34,430 bases of DNA from an uncultured Planctomycetales bacterium (GTDB taxonomy: Bacteria > Omnitrophota > Gorgyraeia > Gygaellales > Profunditerraquicolaceae): positions 124,001-158,430 of the forward strand of contig CAZAPM010000002.1 of the NCBI GenBank assembly GCA_964487475.1, written 5' to 3'. Positions 18,059 to 25,351 of this stretch are shown piece by piece (position 1 is the first letter of the stretch; each line of letters starts with the position of its first letter). A program made the translations under genes and the position numbers. Under the pieces are notes generated by a model. That model saw only the letters and a list, made by a program, of their open reading frames with translations. It searched no databases and was not told where the DNA came from.

Positions 18059-19250
18059 CAACGTAGCCGTCGAGAACCAGAAGGCAGTAGTGCAGGAAGC
18101 GCCTGTAGTGCAGCCTCGTTCGTCACGGAAACCCCGCGATTACCAGCAGATACCGTTGTATAAGGACGTCAATCCTCTGGACTGGGAGGACTGGCATTGG
18201 CAGCTGAAGCACCGTATCCGCACCAAGGATGAGCTGGCGCAGGTGATCAAGCTTTCTCCCCAGGAAGAAGCGGGTTTGAAGAAGGCCAACGGGATGCTTT
18301 CCCTGGCCATTACGCCGTATTGGGCGACGTTGTTCGACCCGGAAGACCCGACCTGCCCGATCCGCCGTCAGGCCGTGCCGGTCTCCGAAGAGTTCGTGAT
18401 CTCCCCTCATGAGATGACCGATCCTCTGGCGGAGGATCGCGACTCCCCGGCCCCGAATCTGGTGCACCGTTATCCGGACCGGGTGCTGTTGCTGGCGACC
18501 GACCATTGCGCCATGTACTGCCGCCACTGCACCAGGCGCCGCCTGGTGGGCGACCACGAGAAGGAGATCTCCAACCCCAACGCGACGGGCCGCTTCGATG
18601 CCGCGATCGAGTACATCCGCGCCAACCGGAAGATCCGCGACGTGCTTATCTCCGGCGGGGACCCTTTGACCCTCGAGGACGAGACGCTCGACGACCTGCT
18701 GGGCAAGCTGCGTTCCATCTCCCACGTGGAAGTGGTGCGCATCGGAAGCCGCGTGCCGGTGACCCTGCCGCAGCGTATCACCGAAAAACTGGTGACCATG
18801 CTGCATAAGTACCATCCGCTTTTGATGAGCATACATTTCAATCATCCCAAGGAGCTTACCAAGCGCTGCCGCAACGCCTGCGACATGCTCTCCGACGCGG
18901 GTATCCCCCTGGGCAGCCAGACCGTGCTCCTGAAGGGCATCAACGACCGCCCGTACGTGATGAAGAAGCTCATGCACGACCTGCTCCAGGCGAGGGTGAG
19001 GCCGTACTATATCTACCAGTGCGACCCGGTCAAGGGCACGCAGCATTTCCGTACGCCCGTGTCCGTGGGCATCAACATCATGGAGAAGCTGCGGGGGCAC
19101 ACCTCGGGGTATGCCGTGCCGACATATGTTATTGACGGACCTGGCGGGGGTGGTAAAATACCTGTAGGCCCCACCTACATGCTTTCGCAGTCCAAGGGCA
19201 AATATGTGCTGCGCAATTACAAGGGCAAAATATATACGTATCTTGAATAA
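18048..19250 (+). CDS. kamA: KamA-family radical-SAM/PLP 2,3-aminomutase (lysine 2,3-aminomutase-like)
   Basis: TTG start; WEDWHWQL, LVHRYPDRVL, CAMYCRHCTRRR, SGGDPL, HFNHPKE, YQCD, DGPGGGGKIP. Confidence 0.9.
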   Translation: MENNNVAVENQKAVVQEAPVVQPRSSRKPRDYQQIPLYKDVNPLDWEDWHWQLKHRIRTKDELAQVIKLSPQEEAGLKKANGMLSLAITPYWATLFDPEDPTCPIRRQAVPVSEEFVISPHEMTDPLAEDRDSPAPNLVHRYPDRVLLLATDHCAMYCRHCTRRRLVGDHEKEISNPNATGRFDAAIEYIRANRKIRDVLISGGDPLTLEDETLDDLLGKLRSISHVEVVRIGSRVPVTLPQRITEKLVTMLHKYHPLLMSIHFNHPKELTKRCRNACDMLSDAGIPLGSQTVLLKGINDRPYVMKKLMHDLLQARVRPYYIYQCDPVKGTQHFRTPVSVGINIMEKLRGHTSGYAVPTYVIDGPGGGGKIPVGPTYMLSQSKGKYVLRNYKGKIYTYLE

Positions 19251-19279
19251 GAGACTCCCGGCTTTGTTCTTTTGCACAC

Positions 19280-19313
19280 AATAAGGATGCCACGGTAACG
19301 GGGCATCCTTATT
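19280..19313 (+). terminator. Strong hairpin after the aminomutase (probable terminator)
   Basis: AATAAGGATGCC-aCG-GTAA-CGg-GGCATCCTTATT: 12-bp perfect stem with GNRA loop; weak U tail. Confidence 0.6.
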
Positions 19314-19436
19314 CATTTATCCGTTTCCTTCGTTAACAATGGTCTGAGACCCGATGTGTCGCACCTCGGCTTATTGGATTGCCGAGTGCGTCCCCTTCTG
19401 GGACGGTGTTTCGCCTTTTGTGAAAGGAGCCGCGAG

Positions 19437-21395
19437 ATGGATGTGCATAACAAACGGAGTTTTATTCTCTTGGGCCACGCCCAGTGCGGCAAGACCACCC
19501 TGGCGGAGAGCATGCTTTTCGCCTGCAAAGCGGTGACGCGCAAGGGAACCACTGCGGAAGGCACTACGGTCAGCGATTACAGCTTCGACGAGATCGAGCA
19601 TAAAAGCTCGATCAACGCCAGTGTGATGTTCGCCGATTTCCATAACACGCGGCTGCAGTTCATCGATGCGCCCGGGTACGCGGACTTTTACGGGGAAGTG
19701 ATCTCGGGGGTGCGGGCCGTGGATTCCGGGCTGATCGTGGTGGACGGATCATCCGGGGTGCAGGTCGGCACCGAGCGCGCCTGGCAGATGCTGGAAGAGC
19801 AGGGGATGCCCTGCATGTTCTTTATCAATAAGTGCGACAAGGAAGGCGCGGATTGCAAGCAGGTCTTGACCGAGCTTAAGGCCACCTTCTCCAAGAACTG
19901 CGTCATGATCGAGTCCCTCGAGGACCCGGACCTGATGGAGGCGATCGCGGAAAGCGACGACAACCTCCTGCAGAAGTACCTGGAAGTGCTTTCCCTTTCC
20001 CAGGATGAGATCAAGAACGGCCTGACCAGGGCGGTGGTGGCGCGCAAGCTCTTTCCGGTAGTGGCCGGCTCGGCCCTGACGGATAAGGGGATCGTCGCGC
20101 TGCTGGAGGATATCGTCGAGTACCTGCCTGACCCTTCAGCGAGGCGCTGTATCAAGGCCACGCATCCGGCAAAACCCGGGGAGACCCTCGAGGTGCCTTG
20201 CTGCCAGGAGAATTTTTTCGCGGCGTTCGTCTTCAAGAACATCGTCGATCCCTACGTGGGGCAGTTGACGCTGCTGCGGGTTTTTTCGGGCAACCTGCCT
20301 TCGAACACCGGCTTTTACAACGTGACCAAGGGAGTGCGGGAGCGTATCGGCCAGGTGTACCTGCTGCAGGGCAAGGAGCAGCGGGCGGTGGATGCGGCAG
20401 GCTGCGGGGATATCGTGGCCATTGCCAAGCTTAAAGAGACGGTGACCGGGGATTCCCTGGCGGATGAGAAGCACCCCGTGTTGTTCGCGCCGATGGTGTT
20501 CCCCGAGCCGGCGATATCCGCGTCGGTCAAGCCTAAGTCCCGAGAGGACGAGGAGAAGATCGCGACCGCGTTGCATAAGCTGGTGGCGGAGGATATGACC
20601 TGCCGGGTGATCCACGATCCGCAGACCAAGGAGCTGGTGATCTCGGGGCTGGGGGACCAGCATTTAGGCGTGCTGGTAGGGCGGCTGCGGAAAAGATTCC
20701 ATGTGGAGATCGAACTGGGAACCCCGAAGGTCTCCTATAAGGAGACGGTGACCCGTTCGGCGAAGGTGCAGGGCAAGTTCAAGCGCCAGTCCGGCGGCCG
20801 CGGGCAGTACGGCGACTGCTGGATCGAGATCGAGCCTCTGGAGCGCGGCGGCGGGTTCGAGTTCGTGGATAAGATCGTAGGCGGGGCCATCCCCAGGAAT
20901 TTCATTCCTTCGGTGGAGAAGGGGGTGCGCCAGGCGATGCTCGAGGGCGCGATCGCGGGGTATCCGATCGTGGACATTAGGGTGCGGCTGGTGGACGGAA
21001 GTTACCATGACGTGGATTCCTCCGACATGGCGTTCCAGATCGCCGGGTCGATGGCGCTGCGCAAGGCGGTGGCGGCGGCGTCCCCCATTCTGCTGGAGCC
21101 GGTGATGGATGTGGACGTGAACATCCCCGAGGAGTGCTTAGGGGGGATCACCGGGGATATGAACTCCCGGCGGGGAAGGATGATCGGGATGGAGCAGAAG
21201 GGCAAGACCCAGCAGCTTAAGTGCACGGCGCCCTTATCCGAGATGTTCACTTACGCCAATGACCTGCGGTCGATGACCGGAGGGCGCGGGCAGTACCTGA
21301 TGCGGTTCTCGCATTACGAGCCGGTGCCGCACAAGATCGCGGCGGGGATCATCCAGCACTACGAAGCCAACAAGAAACAAGAAGTCGAAGTCTAG
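19437..21395 (+). CDS. fusA: Elongation factor G paralogue (EF-G2/FusA-like)
   Basis: Start moved to ATG 19437 (AAGGAG at 19424-19429). GHAQCGKTT, DAPG, NKCD, KRQSGGRGQYG, GSYHDVDSSDMAF, LRSMTGGRG. Not located in the str operon. Confidence 0.9.
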   Translation: MDVHNKRSFILLGHAQCGKTTLAESMLFACKAVTRKGTTAEGTTVSDYSFDEIEHKSSINASVMFADFHNTRLQFIDAPGYADFYGEVISGVRAVDSGLIVVDGSSGVQVGTERAWQMLEEQGMPCMFFINKCDKEGADCKQVLTELKATFSKNCVMIESLEDPDLMEAIAESDDNLLQKYLEVLSLSQDEIKNGLTRAVVARKLFPVVAGSALTDKGIVALLEDIVEYLPDPSARRCIKATHPAKPGETLEVPCCQENFFAAFVFKNIVDPYVGQLTLLRVFSGNLPSNTGFYNVTKGVRERIGQVYLLQGKEQRAVDAAGCGDIVAIAKLKETVTGDSLADEKHPVLFAPMVFPEPAISASVKPKSREDEEKIATALHKLVAEDMTCRVIHDPQTKELVISGLGDQHLGVLVGRLRKRFHVEIELGTPKVSYKETVTRSAKVQGKFKRQSGGRGQYGDCWIEIEPLERGGGFEFVDKIVGGAIPRNFIPSVEKGVRQAMLEGAIAGYPIVDIRVRLVDGSYHDVDSSDMAFQIAGSMALRKAVAAASPILLEPVMDVDVNIPEECLGGITGDMNSRRGRMIGMEQKGKTQQLKCTAPLSEMFTYANDLRSMTGGRGQYLMRFSHYEPVPHKIAAGIIQHYEANKKQEVEV

Positions 21396-21436
21396 GGACG
21401 CTCTTAAAGGGGACGCCCCTGAAGGGGACACCCCTT
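21393..21436 (-). repeat. Palindromic 15-bp-unit repeat, copy 2 (supplies the TAG stop of the EF-G paralogue)
   Basis: Reverse complement reads aaggggtgtccccttcaggggcgtcccctttaagagcgtcccta. Confidence 0.92.
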
Positions 21437-21534
21437 GTTATATTTTATGCGATAAAGGTTGGCTTATTCTGATCGTAGATCTGGTTATAGAGTAGTATCG
21501 TATCCAGCAACTCGTTTCAACTATCAAAACAGTG

Positions 21535-21594
21535 GTAGGGGTGTCCCCTTCAGGGGCGTCCCCAGCAGGAGCGTCCCCATTAGGGGCGTCCCTA
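21535..21594 (+). repeat. Palindromic 15-bp-unit repeat, copy 3 (four units)
   Basis: gtaggggtgtccccttcaggggcgtccccagcaggagcgtccccattaggggcgtcccta. Confidence 0.92.
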
Positions 21595-21607
21595 AGAAAG
21601 GAAACTC

Positions 21608-22309
21608 GTGAAGATCTGTGCGTATGGAATTGCCGAAATCACCCCGGGGAAGAAGAACATCAAGGATCCCCGTTTGGATCAGGTCGATAAATTCGTAAAG
21701 GCCAAGAAGAAGACCTATGTGCAGGTGGACGTAGTGGCTGAGGCGGATGCCTTGTTGTCGGATGCGGTGCTTGCCGCCAAGTCCAGCCTGGCGGACCTGG
21801 TGTTGCATGATCTCGATTTCGTGGAGACGCGCCTTTCGCGCAACCCCGGCCCGGAAGAGAAGGAGATGCTGGATCAGTTCAAGGCCGTGCTCGAAAAGGA
21901 GCAGTGTATCAATACCCTGACCTTGACCGAGGCCCAGAAGGCCGGTATGGCCAGTTACAATACTTTGACCAACAGGCCCGTCATTTTGATCGAAGCCGCG
22001 GAGCTCGAGAACCCCGACGAGCTTTTCGCCCGCGCCCTGCGCGAAGCCGGATACATCAGCTTTTTCACTGCCGGCGAAAAAGAGACCCGCGCCTGGCTGA
22101 TCAAGAAAGGCACTCCTGCGGTCGAGGCGGCAGGCGCGATCCATTCGGATATCCAGAAGGGTTTCATCCGCGCCGAGATCATCAGCCTGGAGGATTATCT
22201 GGCATGCGGCGGGGAGACCGGCGCGAAGCAGGCCAATAAGATGCGCCTCGAGGGAAAAGAGTACGTGATGCAGGATTGCGATCTCGTCAACTTCCGCTTC
22301 AATAAATAA
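21608..22309 (+). CDS. Short YchF-like protein (C-terminal TGS/DUF933 domain, G-domain largely deleted)
   Basis: GTG start after AAGGA. DPRLD, DLDFVETRL, TLTNRP, ISFFTAGEKETRAW, AAGAIHSDIQKGFIRAE, EGKEYVMQDCDLVNFRFN. No P-loop. Confidence 0.85.
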   Translation: MKICAYGIAEITPGKKNIKDPRLDQVDKFVKAKKKTYVQVDVVAEADALLSDAVLAAKSSLADLVLHDLDFVETRLSRNPGPEEKEMLDQFKAVLEKEQCINTLTLTEAQKAGMASYNTLTNRPVILIEAAELENPDELFARALREAGYISFFTAGEKETRAWLIKKGTPAVEAAGAIHSDIQKGFIRAEIISLEDYLACGGETGAKQANKMRLEGKEYVMQDCDLVNFRFNK

Positions 22310-22320
22310 GAGCATCCCCT

Positions 22321-23889
22321 ATGATAAAAATCAAGCGTGCATTGATCAGCGTATCGGACAAGACGGGCATCGCGGAGTTCGCCAAAGAGCTCGCCGCCAT
22401 GGGCGTCGAGATCCTTTCCACCGGCGGCACAGCCAAGCTCTTGCGCGAACAATCCATCCCCGTCAAAGAGGTCTCCGCGTATACCGGATTCCCTGAGATG
22501 CTCGACGGTCGGGTCAAGACCTTGCATCCTATGATCCACGGCGGGCTGCTTGCCCTGCGCGACAACCCCGATCACATGCAGCAGATCCAGAAACACGGGA
22601 TCGGCTTGATCGATATGGTAGTGGTCAACCTCTATCCGTTCGAGCGGACCATCCAGAAGCCCGGAGTCTCTATCGAGGAGGCGATCGAGAACATCGACAT
22701 CGGAGGCCCTTCGATGCTGCGCTCCGCGGCCAAGAACCACGCCTCAGTGGCGGTCATCTGCAATCCGGCGCATTACTCCAAGGTGATCAAGGAGATGAAG
22801 GCCAGCAGCGGCAGCGTGTCCGTGCGGACCATGCAGGAGTTGGGGATCGAGGTCTACCGCGTCACCTCCCAGTACGACCAGGCTATCCATACCTACCTTA
22901 ACAGCCGCGTGCTCGAGGGGGAGACCCCCGCCGCCGCGCGCCTGCCTAAGGAGATCACCCTGCATTTCACCAAGCTTCAGGACCTGCGCTACGGGGAAAA
23001 TCCTCATCAGGCTGCCGCCTGGTATCGCGATTCATCCTCCGTCAGCGGCCTGGCCGAGATGAAGCAGCTCTGGGGCAAAGAGCTCTCGTTCAATAATATC
23101 CTCGACGTCAACTCCGCGGTGGCGCTGGTGCGGGAATTCTCCCTTCCGGCGGTGGCGTTCATCAAGCACAACAACCCGTGCGGCTGCGCCGAGAACAAAT
23201 CCCTGCTGAAAGCTTTTCAGGATGCCTGGCAGTGCGACACTCTTTCCGCGTTTGGCGGGATCGTCGCCATCAACCGGAAGGTCGATGCCGCGCTGGCCAA
23301 GCGCATCGCCAAGTGCGGGTTCCTCGAGTGCATCGTCTGCCCCGAGTTCTCCTTCGACGCGCTGGAGGTCCTGAAGGAAAAGAAGAACGTGCGCCTGCTC
23401 GAGCTTCCTTCCCTGGCGGTCGCGCAAAAACCCGGATTCGACTACAAGAAGGTCGCCGGAGGGCTGCTGCTGCAGGACGAGGATTCCCAGACGTACCTCG
23501 AGTCCAGCCTTAAAGTAGTGACCAGGAAGAAACCCACCAAGGCGCAGATGGCATCGCTTCTTTTCGCCTGGAAGGTGGCCAAGCACGTCAAGTCTAACGC
23601 TATCGTGCTGGCGCAGGGCACGAAGACCGTCGGGATTGGCGCCGGGCAGATGTCGCGGGTGGATTCGGTGTTCATCTCCACGAAGAAGGCGGGTAGATCA
23701 GGAACGGGCGCCGTGCTGGCTTCCGACGCGTTCTTCCCGAAAGAGGACGCCGTATCCCTGGCCGCGAAGTATAAGGTCAAGGCGATCATCCAGCCGGGCG
23801 GCTCCATCGCCGACGAGCTGATCATCAAAACCGCGGATAAACATAAGATCCCCATGGTTTTGACCGGAATGCGCCATTTCCGGCACTAA
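22321..23889 (+). CDS. purH: Bifunctional AICAR transformylase/IMP cyclohydrolase
   Basis: RALISVSDKTG, STGGTA, GRVKTLHP, LRYGENPHQ, KHNNPCG, ASDAFFP, MRHFRH. Confidence 0.98.
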   Translation: MIKIKRALISVSDKTGIAEFAKELAAMGVEILSTGGTAKLLREQSIPVKEVSAYTGFPEMLDGRVKTLHPMIHGGLLALRDNPDHMQQIQKHGIGLIDMVVVNLYPFERTIQKPGVSIEEAIENIDIGGPSMLRSAAKNHASVAVICNPAHYSKVIKEMKASSGSVSVRTMQELGIEVYRVTSQYDQAIHTYLNSRVLEGETPAAARLPKEITLHFTKLQDLRYGENPHQAAAWYRDSSSVSGLAEMKQLWGKELSFNNILDVNSAVALVREFSLPAVAFIKHNNPCGCAENKSLLKAFQDAWQCDTLSAFGGIVAINRKVDAALAKRIAKCGFLECIVCPEFSFDALEVLKEKKNVRLLELPSLAVAQKPGFDYKKVAGGLLLQDEDSQTYLESSLKVVTRKKPTKAQMASLLFAWKVAKHVKSNAIVLAQGTKTVGIGAGQMSRVDSVFISTKKAGRSGTGAVLASDAFFPKEDAVSLAAKYKVKAIIQPGGSIADELIIKTADKHKIPMVLTGMRHFRH

Positions 23890-23902
23890 TATCCGCACGG
23901 GA

Positions 23903-25351
23903 ATGCGATATTCCGACGCGCTCTCCTATCTGAATTCATTCATCAATTACGAGAAGCTCAACCGCTGGCCGTATCGCCGTTCGTTAAAGCTCGACCGTTT
24001 CAGGGCTTTTCTGAATTCACTCGGGGACCCGCACAAGCAGCTGCCGATCGTGCACGTGGCCGGCTCCAAAGGAAAAGGCTCGACGTGCGCGTACATCGCG
24101 TACATGCTGCGTGCCGCCGGATACCGGGCGGGGCTTTATACGTCCCCGCATCTTTCGGATGTCCGGGAGCGGATCAGGATCCTGGAGCCCGGATCGCCGG
24201 GGCGGGACGATGATTTCGAAGGGATGATCAGCCGCCGCGCGTTGGCGGCGGAGGTGGCAAGGCTTAAGCCGGCGGTCGATAGATTCAACCGTACTTCGAG
24301 GTTCGGCGCGCTTTCCTTTTTTGAGGTGTATACGGCGGTGGCGTTCTCGTATTTTGCGCGGCAGAAGGTGGAGTGTTGCGTGCTGGAGACCGGGTTAGGG
24401 GGCAGGCTCGATGCGACCAATGTCTGTGATTCTCTGGTGGCGGTGATCACTCCTATCAGCCTGGAGCATACGGATAAGCTGGGTAAGACGATCCCCGCGA
24501 TCGCGAAGGAGAAGGCGGGGATCATCAAGACCTTCGGCCAATCCGTCGTCCTGTCCCCTCAAGGAGCGTCCCCATTAGGGACGCCCCTAAAGGGGACACC
24601 CCTTGCGCAAAAAGAGATCGAGAAAAGGTGTAAAGCATACTCTTGCCGCCTCACCGTGGTGCAGCCGTCTGCCGCCCGCGGCCTCCCGCGCCTGCAGCTT
24701 CCCGGAGCTCACCAGCGTCACAACGCCGCAACCGCGGTCGCAGCGGTCAAGCAGCTTGCAGAATACGGTTTTCGAGTCCCGGCCGCTGCCATGCGCCGCG
24801 GCCTTGCCGGCTGCCGCTGGCCGGGCCGCTGCGAGATCGTGCACCGGCGGCCGACCGTCATCCTTGACGGCTGCCAGAATCGCGCTTCTGCGGCGGCGCT
24901 GGCTGCTGCCGTGCGCGCCCTGCTGCACGCACCGCAACGCCTCATCCTCATTCTAGGCGCTTCGCAGGATAAGGATATCCGCGGCATGTGCGAGGAGCTG
25001 CTTCCTCTCGCGCACGCCGCTATTGCCACGGCCGCAGATAATCCCCGCGCCGCAGCGCCGGCAGCGATCGCCGCTCACCTCCGCATGGCACCCGGCCTAA
25101 AAGGAAGTGGCAGGTGCTTTGCTTCCTGCAGGGCACCCGGCCCAAAAGGAAGTGGCCGGTGCTCTTCTTCCTGTAGGGGTGTCCCCTTCAGGGGCGTCCC
25201 CTTTAGGGGCGTCCCTATAAGCTGCGCGGGGTCGGTGCGCGAAGCCCTGCGACAGGCCATGCGCCTCGCCTCACCCCGCGACGCGATCCTCGTCGCCGGC
25301 TCACTTTTCCTCGTCGCCGAAGCGCGGAGGTACCTCAAACATGCGTATTAA
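23903..25351 (+). CDS. folC: Folylpolyglutamate/dihydrofolate synthase with in-frame repeat insertions
   Basis: HVAGSKGKGST, YTSPHL..VRERI, LETGLGGRLDATN, IAKEKAGII, WPGRCE, AGSLFLV. Confidence 0.93.
   Translation: MRYSDALSYLNSFINYEKLNRWPYRRSLKLDRFRAFLNSLGDPHKQLPIVHVAGSKGKGSTCAYIAYMLRAAGYRAGLYTSPHLSDVRERIRILEPGSPGRDDDFEGMISRRALAAEVARLKPAVDRFNRTSRFGALSFFEVYTAVAFSYFARQKVECCVLETGLGGRLDATNVCDSLVAVITPISLEHTDKLGKTIPAIAKEKAGIIKTFGQSVVLSPQGASPLGTPLKGTPLAQKEIEKRCKAYSCRLTVVQPSAARGLPRLQLPGAHQRHNAATAVAAVKQLAEYGFRVPAAAMRRGLAGCRWPGRCEIVHRRPTVILDGCQNRASAAALAAAVRALLHAPQRLILILGASQDKDIRGMCEELLPLAHAAIATAADNPRAAAPAAIAAHLRMAPGLKGSGRCFASCRAPGPKGSGRCSSSCRGVPFRGVPFRGVPISCAGSVREALRQAMRLASPRDAILVAGSLFLVAEARRYLKHAY
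24552..24604. repeat. Palindromic 15-bp-unit repeat, copy 4 (two opposed partial arrays, in frame in folC: SPQGASPLGTPLKGTPL)
   Basis: tgtcccctcaaggagcgtccccat|tagggacgcccctaaaggggacacccctt; shares aggagcgtccccattaggg exactly with copy 3. Confidence 0.88.
25087..25176 (+). repeat. 45-bp tandem duplication (2 copies), in frame in folC
   Basis: ggcacccggcctaaaaggaagtggcaggtgctttgcttcctgcag / ggcacccggcccaaaaggaagtggccggtgctcttcttcctgtag; peptides APGLKGSGRCFASCR / APGPKGSGRCSSSCR. Confidence 0.9.
25173..25217 (+). repeat. Palindromic 15-bp-unit repeat, copy 5 (consensus-like, in frame in folC: RGVPFRGVPFRGVP)
   Basis: gtaggggtgtccccttcaggggcgtcccctttaggggcgtcccta. Confidence 0.93.

Noticed and set aside
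18048..19250. EpmB (EF-P beta-lysylation) assignment
   Set aside because: No efp or epmA nearby; the WxDWxWQ N-terminus and GGGGK motif fit KamA-type enzymes better.
19356..19436. 27-aa N-terminal extension of EF-G in the ORF track
   Set aside because: A better start with an RBS exists at 19437, and homology begins there.
21393..21594. Repeat arrays as a CRISPR array
   Set aside because: Units are 15 bp and directly adjacent, with no unique spacers and no cas genes.
21524..22315. Minus-strand 263-aa ORF ending in GTPLMGTLLLGTPLKGTPL
   Set aside because: Shadow of the YchF-like gene that simply reads through repeat copy 3.
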